Under the pieces are notes generated by a model that searched no databases, was not told the origin of the DNA, and saw only the letters and a program-made list of their open reading frames with translations. A program made the translations under genes and the position numbers. A DNA stretch of 55,114 nucleotides, from the NCBI GenBank assembly GCA_964522095.1, contig CAZFSO010000004.1:18285-73398 (forward strand), written 5' to 3'. Source of the DNA: an uncultured Phycisphaeraceae bacterium (GTDB lineage Bacteria; Planctomycetota; Phycisphaerae; Phycisphaerales; UBA1924). Position 1 is the first letter of the stretch. Each line of letters opens with the position of its first letter. This document shows positions 42,897-52,192 of the stretch, in pieces.

Positions 42897-45875
42897 TCAC
42901 CCGCCGAAGGACGGGTCGATGGCCAGGCCTGAGCCGCCGGGCTGGAACACGACCCCGATGCTGGTCTCGCCCATGACGTTGTCGTACACGAGGCTGACGC
43001 CGAGCGTGCCGACCTGGAAGCGGCGCTGGAGCAGCGTGGTGAGCGTCTGGAAGTCGTCGACGTCGAAGTTGTACGTCGCGGCGGTGTTGATGGCGTACTT
43101 CTCAGTCAGGCGGTAGTTGACGCCGGCGGTGAGGTAGGTCGTGTCGAGGGCCTCGACGCGTCGCAGTTCGAGGGTTGAGCGGAAGCCGGGGCGGTGCTCG
43201 ATGAGGAAACCGCCCGAGGTGCGGGCGAAGTGGCTCTCCTCGAGGTCGTAGATCATCTCGCCGGCGACGGCGAGGACCTCGGTGGGCTGCCAGACGCCGC
43301 TGGCGCCGAGATACTCGCCGGGGTTGCTCAGTTCGGGGCGTGCCGCGTACCAGCGGGGGATGGGGCTGTCGCCGGCGCGGTCGGAGGACCAGACGTACTC
43401 GGTGCGGAGTTTGAAGACGTCGACGTCGCGCCAGCGCCCGGCGCCGCCGCGCTTGGTCTGCCAGGTCTGGTCGACGGCCGCACGCACCGAGGTGCCGGCG
43501 AGCAGGTTCTCGACGTCGTCGTCGAAGGTCGGCAGGTCGTCGCTGCGGACGTTGGTGTCGGCGGTCCAGAGGGTCAGGGAGGGCTCGATGACGTGTCGGA
43601 GGCGGTGCAGGTCGAGGGCGCGTGACTCGACGCCGTTGTACTGGCGCTGGACGGCGGTGGAGAAGGTCACGCCGCCGGCGCCCCAGAGGCGGACCTTGTC
43701 GTCCTCGTCCGGGCTGAAATCCTCAAAGGCGGTGTCGTAGGCGGTGACGCGGCCGACGAGGAAGGGCGTGACGCGGACCGGCCCGAGGCTGAGCGAGCCC
43801 ACGAGTTCGTGGCGCGTGTCGAAGCGGGTGATGGCGCTCTCGTCGAGCCCGGCGGCTCGGAAAACGTCGCCGAGCGACTCGCCGGGCAGCGTGCCGAAGG
43901 CGGCGTCGGCGAGCGAGGGCGTCGTCAGGCCGTAGTCCTCGGCGTTGACGTCGCTGAAGCGCAGGCGGAGCGAGCCGGCACGGGCCTCGAAGCCGTAGGA
44001 GAGCAGGCCGGGCATGGTCTCTTCAAACACGTCGCGCATGCCCCAGACAAAGCGGGCCTCTGGCAGGCGGTCGACGCGGTAGCCGGTGGACTGGAGCAGG
44101 TGCTCGGCGGCGATGAAGTCGCCCTGGTTGACGCTCAGGTCCAGCGCGAAGTGCGTCTGCTCGCCGGTGCGTTCGAGCAGCAGGCGGTTGCGGAAGTCCT
44201 CGGTGTGGCGGGCCAGCGACGGGAAGAACGCGGGGACGAAGGTCTCGTCGGAGATGTAACTCAGTTCCGTGACGAGGTTCCAGTCCTCGCGGAAGTTCCA
44301 CAGGTCGCGGAAGACGGCCATGCCGCGCGTCTCGCCGTCGCGGTCGATCTCGACGCCCCGGGTCAGCAGGTCGCGTCCGGTGTCGTTGGGCAGCAGGTAG
44401 GCGAACGCGTTGCCGCGGTGCTCGGGCGTGCTCCAGTCCGAGCGCAGGCCGAAGGCCGGGCCGCGGTCGAAGTAGGCGTCGAGCAGCACGCTCACGTCGA
44501 CGCCCGGCCAGTCGCGCCCGAGCATCGCCTTGAGGTTCCACGCCGTCTCGATGCCGAAGTCCGAGCGGCTGGAACTCGACAGACGGACCTGCTCGAGCGG
44601 GAAGGCGTCGGCCTGCCCGGAATAGCCCGGCAGCCAGAGGACCGGCACGCCGAGCGCGTTGAGCGTGACGCTCTTGGCGTCGACCCACACGCGGCGGTTC
44701 TCCAGCGCGCCGTCGGGTCGCTGATCGCCTTCCAGGCGCACTTCCAGGTCGCGCACGCCGATGAACACGTCGGGCTCGTGGAAGGCCGAGTTGGCCAGGC
44801 GCGCCTTCTCGGCGCTGAACACGCGGTCGGACTCCTGGCGCACCGCGTCGGCCCGCACGTAGACGGGCATGCCGGTGCGCTCGTCGGTGGTCCAGAAGAC
44901 CGCGTCGAGCATGAGGGCCCGGCCGCGTTCGACGTCGAGGTAGGCCCTGGGGGCGCGGACGGCCCAGCGCTCGTCGCCGCCCATGACGCCGCCCTCGAGG
45001 TAGATGCCGTCGATCTGGCCGGCGTCGAGGCGGGCGAGCGTGCGGTCCAGGGGGCCGGGCTTGAGGAACAGGACGGCCCGTTCGGCCTTCATCTCCAAGG
45101 CGCGTCCGGTGGCGGGCTCCTGGTACTGCAGCACGATGCCGCCGGTGGCGGTGATGGTCGAGGCCTCGTCCTCGCCGCCGTCGATGACGATCCGGTCGCC
45201 GACGGAGACCGAGAACACGCCGTCGGGTCGGAACACCGGCGCCTGGTCGGCCGGGCCGGTGTCCTGGACGGCGGCCGGCGTGTCACCGGGCAGCGCGGGC
45301 GCCGCGCCGTCGCGTGCGGGGGTTTGTGCGGGGCCGTCGCGGACGATCGCGGGCCCGCCCGGGGGCGTCTGGCCGAGCACGCGGGCGGCGAAGACCGCCT
45401 GGGCCTGCTGGTGGAAGTCCGGGGCGGGGCCGCGCCCTGTCGGCGGGCCGTCGAAACGGGCGTCGACGCGGATCCGGGGCGGCTCGGCGGCCCGGACGAC
45501 GCCGCGGACGGGCAGGGTCTCCGCACGGACGTCGATCGCGCCCGCGTCGGCCCGCACCGATCGGAACACGCCGAAGACCTGGTACGCGCCGTCGCCGATC
45601 GGCTGGAGCCACAGCGACGCGGACTGGGCGTGGAAGACGTCGCCGCCGAGGACGACGCGGACGTCGGTGTCGAGGACCACGCGGTGTGTCTCGCCCTCGC
45701 GCCACATCCAGGCGGCCCGGCCGGCCAGGTCGATGACGCCCTCGGCGGGCTGGATCGGGAAGCGCACGCCGCCGAAGGCGTCCTGCGGCTGGGCGACCGC
45801 CGGGCCCGCGGCCCCGGCCAGGGCGATGAGCGTCGCGGCGAGAAACATCCGGATGCTCGGCGCGGGTGTGGTCAA
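42897..45875 (-). CDS. Large outer-membrane beta-barrel protein, LptD (LPS-assembly)-like
   Basis: 992-aa ORF with signal peptide MTTPAPSIRMFLAATLIALAGAAGPAVAQ, an OstA-like N-terminal segment, and a long C-terminal region with alternating beta-strand patterns rich in aromatic residues. Family assignment is by resemblance only. Confidence 0.55.
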   Translation of the reverse strand: MTTPAPSIRMFLAATLIALAGAAGPAVAQPQDAFGGVRFPIQPAEGVIDLAGRAAWMWREGETHRVVLDTDVRVVLGGDVFHAQSASLWLQPIGDGAYQVFGVFRSVRADAGAIDVRAETLPVRGVVRAAEPPRIRVDARFDGPPTGRGPAPDFHQQAQAVFAARVLGQTPPGGPAIVRDGPAQTPARDGAAPALPGDTPAAVQDTGPADQAPVFRPDGVFSVSVGDRIVIDGGEDEASTITATGGIVLQYQEPATGRALEMKAERAVLFLKPGPLDRTLARLDAGQIDGIYLEGGVMGGDERWAVRAPRAYLDVERGRALMLDAVFWTTDERTGMPVYVRADAVRQESDRVFSAEKARLANSAFHEPDVFIGVRDLEVRLEGDQRPDGALENRRVWVDAKSVTLNALGVPVLWLPGYSGQADAFPLEQVRLSSSSRSDFGIETAWNLKAMLGRDWPGVDVSVLLDAYFDRGPAFGLRSDWSTPEHRGNAFAYLLPNDTGRDLLTRGVEIDRDGETRGMAVFRDLWNFREDWNLVTELSYISDETFVPAFFPSLARHTEDFRNRLLLERTGEQTHFALDLSVNQGDFIAAEHLLQSTGYRVDRLPEARFVWGMRDVFEETMPGLLSYGFEARAGSLRLRFSDVNAEDYGLTTPSLADAAFGTLPGESLGDVFRAAGLDESAITRFDTRHELVGSLSLGPVRVTPFLVGRVTAYDTAFEDFSPDEDDKVRLWGAGGVTFSTAVQRQYNGVESRALDLHRLRHVIEPSLTLWTADTNVRSDDLPTFDDDVENLLAGTSVRAAVDQTWQTKRGGAGRWRDVDVFKLRTEYVWSSDRAGDSPIPRWYAARPELSNPGEYLGASGVWQPTEVLAVAGEMIYDLEESHFARTSGGFLIEHRPGFRSTLELRRVEALDTTYLTAGVNYRLTEKYAINTAATYNFDVDDFQTLTTLLQRRFQVGTLGVSLVYDNVMGETSIGVVFQPGGSGLAIDPSFGG

Positions 45876-46034
45876 TGGCGCGTCCTGCGGCGTGAGGGAC
45901 CGGGCTCGGTCGGCGGGCCCGGGCCCGTCGGCGGCCCTACAAGGTACGCGCGTCGGCGGTCCGGCACAACCCGGCGCGGGCGCGAGATGGGCCGGTCCGG
46001 CTGCCGTTCGGGCCGACCCGTCCTATCGTCCGCG

Positions 46035-47030
46035 ATGCCCAGCACCCAATGCCGCAAGCCGATCTGCGACCTCGTACCCTCTGAGCGGTTCGAGGGCGCG
46101 TTCTCAATCACGAACGCCCAGTTGGGCACCACGGTGAAGGGAAAGCCCTACCTGCGTTGCCTGCTCGGGGACAAGACCGGGTCGGCCCCGGCCCGGATGT
46201 GGTCGATCGAGGAGGCGACCTTTGCGCGGCTCAGCGCCGAGGGGTTCGTGTTCGTCGAGGGGGAGACCCAGGCCTACCAGGGCGAACTGCAGCTGATCAT
46301 CCACCGGATCGACCCGATCGAGCCGTCGCCCGAGCAACTGCGCGAGTTGATCCCGGCGTCGAAGCGCGACCCCGCGGAGATGTTCGCCGAGGTCGTCGCG
46401 CTGCTGCAGACGCTCGAGCACCCGTCGATGCGGGCGCTGGCGCAGACCTACCTGGCCGACGAGTTCCTCATGGATGCGTTCCGGACCTGCCCGGCGGCCT
46501 CCCGCCTGCACCACGCGTACCTGGGCGGGCTGCTCGAGCACACGCTGACGCTGATGCAGATCGCCGACCGGGTGTGCCCGCTGTACCCCCGCGTGAACCG
46601 GGACATCGTGCTGATGGGCCTGTTCCTGCACGACCTGGGCAAGACGCGCGAACTGGTGTACGACCGGTGCTTCGGGTACACCGACCGGGGCGAGTTGATC
46701 GGCCACCTCGTCGAGGGGGCGATCATGCTGCACGACAAGGCCCAGCAGATGATGCGCGAGACCGGCCAGCGCCTGCCCGCCGGGGTGCTCACGGTGCTCC
46801 AGCACATCATCATCTCGCACCACGAGAAGCCCGAGTTCGGGGCGTGCAAGATCCCCTCGTCGCCCGAGGCGGTGATGGTCTCGCTGATCGACAACCTCGA
46901 CGCGAAGACCGTTCTGACGCTCGACGCGGCCCGGCCCGACCAGGCGGCGACGAACCTGGGCGGCAACTTCACCGAGCGGAACTGGGCGATCGGGACGAAG
47001 ATCTACCGCCCCGATCCCTTGGCCGAGTGA
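46035..47030 (+). CDS. OB-fold plus HD-domain phosphohydrolase (YhaM-like 3'-5' exoribonuclease family)
   Basis: C-terminal 331 aa of track ORF 43809..47030. The OB-like N-terminus GKPYLRCLLGDKTG...FVFVEGETQAYQGELQL. HD motifs HHAYLGGLLEHT, FLHDLGK and ISHH. Confidence 0.8.
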   Translation: MPSTQCRKPICDLVPSERFEGAFSITNAQLGTTVKGKPYLRCLLGDKTGSAPARMWSIEEATFARLSAEGFVFVEGETQAYQGELQLIIHRIDPIEPSPEQLRELIPASKRDPAEMFAEVVALLQTLEHPSMRALAQTYLADEFLMDAFRTCPAASRLHHAYLGGLLEHTLTLMQIADRVCPLYPRVNRDIVLMGLFLHDLGKTRELVYDRCFGYTDRGELIGHLVEGAIMLHDKAQQMMRETGQRLPAGVLTVLQHIIISHHEKPEFGACKIPSSPEAVMVSLIDNLDAKTVLTLDAARPDQAATNLGGNFTERNWAIGTKIYRPDPLAE

Positions 47031-47050
47031 ACAGGCGGGGGAGGCGGAGC

Positions 47051-47635
47051 ATGCACCTGACGCTCGCGTCGGTCTCGCCCCGCCGGCGGGAACTGCTCGC
47101 CAAGGCCGGTGTCGCCGTGTCGGTGCGCCCAAGCGGCATCGACGACGGGCGTCTGCGCCGGGGTGACGCGTGCGTCCCTGAGTCGTGGGTGATGGCGCTG
47201 GCCTACCTCAAGGCGGCCGCGACGGCACGGCAGGACGGGATCACCCCCGGCTCGGTGGTGGTGGGGGCCGACACGGTGTGCGTGCACGACGGGGCGATCC
47301 TGGGTCAGCCGGCGGACGCCGCCGACGCCGAGCGCATGGTCCGCGCGATGGCCGGTCGGGAGCACGAGGTGCTGACCGGCGTGGCGCTGGTGGCGCCGGG
47401 GTCGGGGCGCCGGCGCCTGTTCGTGGACCGGTCGCGGGTGCGGGTCGGATCGATCCCGGACGACCGGGTGCGGTCGTACGTGGCGGGGTCCGGGTGGCGC
47501 GGCAAGGCGGGGGCGTACAACATCGCCGAGCGCCTGGCGGCGGGGTGGCCAATCGAGTTCGACGGCTCGATGGACTCGATCATGGGCCTCCCGGTCCAGC
47601 GGACGCTGCACGCCGCGCGAGACCTGGCGGGCTGA
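47051..47635 (+). CDS. maf: Maf-family nucleoside triphosphate pyrophosphatase
   Basis: C-terminal 194 aa of track ORF 46157..47635. LASVSPRRRELL, GADTVC, KAGAYNI motifs. ATG at 47051 preceded by GGGGGAGG. Confidence 0.9.
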   Translation: MHLTLASVSPRRRELLAKAGVAVSVRPSGIDDGRLRRGDACVPESWVMALAYLKAAATARQDGITPGSVVVGADTVCVHDGAILGQPADAADAERMVRAMAGREHEVLTGVALVAPGSGRRRLFVDRSRVRVGSIPDDRVRSYVAGSGWRGKAGAYNIAERLAAGWPIEFDGSMDSIMGLPVQRTLHAARDLAG

Positions 47636-48817
47636 TCAGTCCAGTTCGAGGACGCGCAGGTCGCGCACCTGGATCTCGTTGCCCCGGTGGTGGCCCTGGA
47701 TGGCGAGGTGACCGGCGCTGTGGTCGGTCAGGAACGCGTCGACCATCGGCACGCCGTTGATCCAGGTGCGGACGCGGTCGCCCTCGGCGCGGATCCGGTA
47801 GTCGAACCACGCGTTGTCGCGGGTGACGGGGGCCTTGACGTGCGCGGGCCAGGCGGCGTTGTAAACGCAGCCGGTGAAGTTGCGGGGGTCGTGCTGGTCG
47901 ACCTGGGCCTCGTAGCCGATGGGCCAGGGGTTGTTGGCCTGCGGGTTGGGCTTGGCGCGGAAGTACAGGCCGGAGTTGCCGCGCTCGTTGACCTTGACCA
48001 GGGCGCGGAGTTCGAAGTCGCGGAAGGTCCGCCTGGAGAAGAGGTGCCCGGGCCCGTCGCGCCCGACCAGGGTTCCGGCGTCGACGGTCCATGTGGCCGC
48101 GTCCTCCTGGAACCAGCCCTCGGGCACGCCGTCCTCGGCGTTGCCGTGGATCAGGGCGGTCATGCCGGCGGGCTCGGGGTCGGCCGACAGGTCGCGGATG
48201 CGGATGTTGCGGAAGCGGAAGGGGTGGCCGTGGTCCTGCAGGGCGATGTATCCGGTCGGCGCACGGGTGTTGAGGGGGAGCGGGTTGTCCTCGCTGCGGA
48301 AGTAGCCCCGGTCGTCCAGGCGGGTGGCCTTCTGGACGTGGCGGCCGTTGAGCCAGACGTCGAGGACGTCGCCGACGAGGCGGATGCGGTAGGTGTTCCA
48401 GCGCCCGTGCGGGTGCACGGCCATCTCGGCGGGGGCGACGGCCTCGTAGACCGCGCCGCAGTTGTGGACGTCGGGCTCCTGGCCGGCGGTGTCGAGGATC
48501 TGGACCTCGAAGCCGGTGAAGGCGGGGTCGCCGACGGACGAGCCGCGCAGGCCGACGCCGGAGTTGCCGCCCTCGGGCATCCAGAAGTCCAGGGTCAGTT
48601 CGAAGTCGCGGAACATGCGGTCGGTGCGCAGCCACCAGCCCTTGCCGGGCTTGAGGGTGACGATCTCGCCGTCCTTGACGCCCCACGCGTCGCGCTCGCC
48701 GGCGGTGGTCCATCCGGTCAGGTCCTTGCCGTTGAACAGGTCCTGCCATCCGTCGTTGGCGAGCGCGCCGAGGGCGGCGACGGCGAGGGTCAGCGCGGCG
48801 ATGAGGGTGTGTCGCAT
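47636..48817 (-). CDS. Secreted protein with two tandem DUF1080 (3-keto-disaccharide hydrolase family) domains
   Basis: Signal peptide MRHTLIAALTLAVAALGALA. Both halves show the DUF1080 pattern (W..LFNGKDL.GW ... F.L..D/E.. ... NSG ... LQDHG/IQGHH ... FRNIRI/VRDLRV). Confidence 0.85.
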   Translation of the reverse strand: MRHTLIAALTLAVAALGALANDGWQDLFNGKDLTGWTTAGERDAWGVKDGEIVTLKPGKGWWLRTDRMFRDFELTLDFWMPEGGNSGVGLRGSSVGDPAFTGFEVQILDTAGQEPDVHNCGAVYEAVAPAEMAVHPHGRWNTYRIRLVGDVLDVWLNGRHVQKATRLDDRGYFRSEDNPLPLNTRAPTGYIALQDHGHPFRFRNIRIRDLSADPEPAGMTALIHGNAEDGVPEGWFQEDAATWTVDAGTLVGRDGPGHLFSRRTFRDFELRALVKVNERGNSGLYFRAKPNPQANNPWPIGYEAQVDQHDPRNFTGCVYNAAWPAHVKAPVTRDNAWFDYRIRAEGDRVRTWINGVPMVDAFLTDHSAGHLAIQGHHRGNEIQVRDLRVLELD

Positions 48818-48860
48818 GGAAACCTCCTGGATCGGGCCTGAGTCGAGGTGGGCCCCGAGT

Positions 48861-49778
48861 CTAGCGGGGGTCGCAGGCCCGGTACGCGTCGATCACGGCC
48901 CGCTCGCCCTCGGCGCCGGGCCGGGACTTGCCGTGCTCCATGCCGAGCACGCCGTTGAAGCCCTTGGCCTTGATGCGCTCGAAGATCCGCGCGTAGTTGA
49001 TCTCGCCCGTCGTCGGCTCGCAGCGCCCGGGGTTGTCGCCCATCTGGAAGTAGGCGATCTCGTCCCACGAACGCTCGATGTTGTCGACCAGGTTGCCCTC
49101 GGTCGCCTGCTGGTGGTAGACGTCGCAGAGGATCTTGCACGACGGGCTGTCGACGGCCCGGCAGATCTGGTAGGCGTGGCCCATCTCGGCGAGCAGCATG
49201 TTCGGATGGTCGCGGGGGTTCAGGGGCTCGAGGACCATCACGATCCCGTGCGGCTCGAGGACCTCGCAGGCGCGCCGGAGCGTCTCGACGGCGTAGGCGG
49301 TCTGGTACTCCAGCGGGAGGCGGGGCTCGCGCGTGCCGAGCACCACCGTCGCCCACCTGGCGTTGACGCGCTTGGCCACGTCGACGCCCTTCTTCACCTC
49401 GTCGAGCACCCGGTCGCGGTCGTCGTCGCGGTTGCGCGAGAAGTGGGGGCCCCAGGCGGTCGAGGGGTTGAGGACGAACACGCCCATCGTCATGCCGAGG
49501 CGCTCCATCGCGCCGGCGAGGCGTTCCTGTTCCTCGACCGAGCGGCCGGACATGCCGTTGTCCTCCCAGGCGGTGAAGCCCTGGGCGGACGCGAACTCCA
49601 GCTGGTCCACGGGGTCAGCGCCGGCGAGGTGGTGGAACATGCCGAAGTGCGGGGCGAAGTGCATGGAGAACGGCTTGGCCCGGTCGGCGGCGGCACCGGG
49701 ACGGAAGGCGGCACTGGCGGGCAACGCCGCGGCGGCGGTCAAACCGGCGGTTCCGGCGAGGAAGGTGCGTCGGTCCAT
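48861..49778 (-). CDS. TAT-exported xylose-isomerase-like TIM-barrel protein (hydroxypyruvate-isomerase-like)
   Basis: Twin-arginine signal MDRRTFLAGTAGLTAAAALPASA. VMVLEPLNP, CDVYHQQ, GMEHG motifs. ATG at 49778 with AGGAGA 6 nt upstream. Confidence 0.85.
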   Translation of the reverse strand: MDRRTFLAGTAGLTAAAALPASAAFRPGAAADRAKPFSMHFAPHFGMFHHLAGADPVDQLEFASAQGFTAWEDNGMSGRSVEEQERLAGAMERLGMTMGVFVLNPSTAWGPHFSRNRDDDRDRVLDEVKKGVDVAKRVNARWATVVLGTREPRLPLEYQTAYAVETLRRACEVLEPHGIVMVLEPLNPRDHPNMLLAEMGHAYQICRAVDSPSCKILCDVYHQQATEGNLVDNIERSWDEIAYFQMGDNPGRCEPTTGEINYARIFERIKAKGFNGVLGMEHGKSRPGAEGERAVIDAYRACDPR

Positions 49779-49833
49779 GAGAAGTCTCCTGAAAGAGCGA
49801 GAGGCCGAAGGGGCGGGAAAGTCGGGGAGAAGA

Positions 49834-49852
49834 GACGGGCTGGAAGCCCGTC
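49834..49852 (-). other. 7-bp hairpin GACGGGC-UUCCA-GCCCGUC downstream of the oxidoreductase gene (weak terminator or processing-site candidate)
   Basis: Perfect inverted repeat read directly. On the minus strand it is followed by a U/C-rich tract, not a pure U-tract. Confidence 0.35.
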
Positions 49853-49934
49853 CCACTGTCGGGGTTCCGTCCCACTGCCGGGTTCGGACCCATTGCTGGG
49901 TACTGACCCACACGCGGACCGTCCCGCTGTCAGA
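49848..49934. repeat. Degenerate tandem array of about 5 units of 16-19 bp (consensus near CCGTCCCACTGYCGGGTT)
   Basis: Units read directly: CCGTCCCACTGTCGGGGTT / CCGTCCCACTGCCGGGTT / CGGACCCATTGCTGGGTA / CTGACCCACACGCGGA / CCGTCCCGCTGTCAGA. Confidence 0.6.
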
Positions 49935-51216
49935 TCAGGGGCGTGCGTCCGGGCTGGGGGACGGGGCGCACAACCAGGTCGCCGAAGGCGTACGCGGGCG
50001 GGGACAGGTCGAGTTCCGATCGGATGGCCTGCTCCCAGGTGACGGCCTTGCCCGTGTAGGCGCTCATGCGCCCCATGACGGCGGTCAGCGTGGACTCGGC
50101 GACCTGGCGGGCCTCGTTGAGGTACGGCCCGTCGCCGCGGATCGAGGCGAGCAGGTGCACGTGCTCGTCGGCGTACGGGTTGCCGTTGGGCTGGTCGAAG
50201 CGCCACGGGCTGGCCCCGTCGATGACCGCGTAGCCCGGCCGGCTGGTGAGCGTGCCGCTCGTGCCGTAGATGGACTCCTCGACGCGGCCGTCGGTGCCGT
50301 CCTGCTGGCGGCAGAAACTCAGGCAGCGCCGCCCGCCCTCGTACTCGTACTCGACGGCGAAGTGGTCGTACACGTTGCCGTACTTCTCGTCCGTGCGCGT
50401 CTGGCGTCCGCCCATGCCGTAGGCCCGTACGGGCGGGCCGCCCATGGCCCAGTTGATGACGTCGAGGTTGTGGACGTGCTGCTCGGTGATGTGGTCGCCG
50501 CTGAGCCAGCAGAAGTAGAGCCAGTTGCGGCACTGCCACTCCATGTCGGACTGCTCGGGCGTGCGTTCGTGGACCCACAGGCCGCCCTGGTTCCAGGCGC
50601 AGCGTGCCGAGTGGATCTCGCCGATGGCGCCGTCGCCGAGGCGCCGCATGGCCTCGCGGTAGCAGCGTTCGTGGCGGCGCTGCGTGCCGGCGACGACCGA
50701 CAGGCGCCGGGCCTTGGCGCGCTCCGCGGCCTCGATCACGGTGCGCACACCGGCGGGGTCCACCGCGACGGGCTTCTCCATGAAGACGTGCTTGCCCGCG
50801 TCAACCGCCGCCTTGAAGTGGATCGGGCGGAACCCGGGGGGCGTCGCCAGGATGACCAGGTCGACCTCGTCGAGGGCGAGCAGTTTCTGGTATGCGTCGA
50901 ACCCGGTGAAGCGACGGTCGCCGACGTCGACGCGGCCCGCGAAGTCCTCGGAGTCGGCCAGCCAGCCGAGCGAGCCTGCCAGCCGGTCGGGGAACAGGTC
51001 CGCCATTGCGACGATGCGGGTGGAGGGGTGGGCCTCGAGCGCGTTGTAGGCGGCGCCGGTGCCCCGTCCGCCGCAACCGATCACGCCGACGCGGACGGTG
51101 TCCGCGCCGCCGTTGGTCCAGCGGGAGGCGAAGGCGGGCAGGACGGCCGCCCCGACGCTCGCGCCGGCGGAAGCCTTGATGAAGTCACGACGGGTCCAGG
51201 CCTGCTGGTTCTTCAT
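49930..51216 (-). CDS. TAT-exported Gfo/Idh/MocA-family NAD(P)-dependent oxidoreductase (copy 1)
   Basis: Twin-arginine signal MKNQQAWTRRDFIKASAG. Rossmann VGVIGCGGRGTG, EKPVAVD. C-terminal 428 aa of track ORF 49930..51378. Confidence 0.88.
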   Translation of the reverse strand: MKNQQAWTRRDFIKASAGASVGAAVLPAFASRWTNGGADTVRVGVIGCGGRGTGAAYNALEAHPSTRIVAMADLFPDRLAGSLGWLADSEDFAGRVDVGDRRFTGFDAYQKLLALDEVDLVILATPPGFRPIHFKAAVDAGKHVFMEKPVAVDPAGVRTVIEAAERAKARRLSVVAGTQRRHERCYREAMRRLGDGAIGEIHSARCAWNQGGLWVHERTPEQSDMEWQCRNWLYFCWLSGDHITEQHVHNLDVINWAMGGPPVRAYGMGGRQTRTDEKYGNVYDHFAVEYEYEGGRRCLSFCRQQDGTDGRVEESIYGTSGTLTSRPGYAVIDGASPWRFDQPNGNPYADEHVHLLASIRGDGPYLNEARQVAESTLTAVMGRMSAYTGKAVTWEQAIRSELDLSPPAYAFGDLVVRPVPQPGRTPLI

Positions 51217-51241
51217 GAGTCGCGTTCCGGAACGGGGGGCG

Positions 51242-52192
51242 TCAGCGTACGGAGAACACCTGTGCCATGCGTCGAGACAGGTCAGCGAGGCGCTCGGGCC
51301 CGCCGCCCGCGACCTCCGCGGTGGCCCAGCCAGCGTAACCGATTCCGGCCAGCGCGTCACGCACGCGGTTCCACCCAACGTCGCCGTCGCCGATCTCGAC
51401 CCCGAAGCCCGTCCAGAGGCCTTCCTCGTCGCGCCGGCGCCGGCTGAAGTCCTTGACGTCCAGTTTCAGGATCCGCGGGCCGAGGGTGTCGATCCACTGC
51501 TCGGGCCAGCCGACGTTGACCACGTTGCCCAGGTCCATGTACCAGCCGAACGTGCGCCGCGCCCGGCCCTCGTTGAGTTCGTCGCAGTAACCTGCGGCTT
51601 CGAGCGGGCTGAGCAAAAAGTTGTTCCACACGTTCTCGAAGGCGATCGACACGCCCAGCGCGTCGGCCCGGTCGGCGACGGCGTGCATCGCGTCCTGCGA
51701 CAGTCGGTAAGCGTCCGCGTAGGGCATCGATTCGTTCACCACCGCCGGCACGACCAGCACGGTCGAGCCGCCGAAGGCGGCGCAGTCGGTCAGGGCCGTG
51801 TCCAGCGCGGCGGCGGCCTCGCGCCGGACGCCTGCGTCGGGGTGGTTGAACGGCTTGGCCCAGTGTGTCGAGAGGACCACGCCGTGCACGCGCAGCCCGC
51901 TCGCCATGGACGCGGCCCGGACCTCGGTCGCGTCGTACGGGCCCGGGCTGTCGAGTTCCACGCCCTCGAACCCGGCCTTCGCGGCGATGTCGAACTTTTC
52001 GGGAAGGTCGGCTCCCGCGTGGATCATGCCGACCTTGAGCGCCAGGCGGACGCCGCCTGCCGGCTTTGGCCGGTCGCTCGGGTTGTTCGGTTCACCGCGC
52101 GGTGCGGGGCGGGCGTGGGTCCGGCCCGCGGCCAACCCCGCGGCGCCCGCGAGCGCCGCGCCGACGAACGCCCTGCGGTCCAGCGGCGTCAT
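51242..52192 (-). CDS. TAT-exported xylose-isomerase-like TIM-barrel protein (sugar phosphate isomerase/epimerase family)
   Basis: Twin-arginine signal MTPLDRRAFVGAALAGAAG. AGFEGVELD and IAFENVWN motifs. Its ATG at 52192 overlaps the upstream stop (ATGA). Confidence 0.85.
   Translation of the reverse strand: MTPLDRRAFVGAALAGAAGLAAGRTHARPAPRGEPNNPSDRPKPAGGVRLALKVGMIHAGADLPEKFDIAAKAGFEGVELDSPGPYDATEVRAASMASGLRVHGVVLSTHWAKPFNHPDAGVRREAAAALDTALTDCAAFGGSTVLVVPAVVNESMPYADAYRLSQDAMHAVADRADALGVSIAFENVWNNFLLSPLEAAGYCDELNEGRARRTFGWYMDLGNVVNVGWPEQWIDTLGPRILKLDVKDFSRRRRDEEGLWTGFGVEIGDGDVGWNRVRDALAGIGYAGWATAEVAGGGPERLADLSRRMAQVFSVR

Noticed and set aside
49848-49934. The tandem repeats considered as a degenerate CRISPR array or minisatellite-encoded peptide (the track ORF 48861..49913 translates them as QQWVRTRQWDGTPTVGR).
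   Set aside because: The units are contiguous with no spacers, are only 16-19 bp long and decay rapidly, so the array is not CRISPR. The ORF extension has no RBS, whereas ATG 49778 has AGGAGA and yields an intact twin-arginine signal, so the repeats are non-coding.
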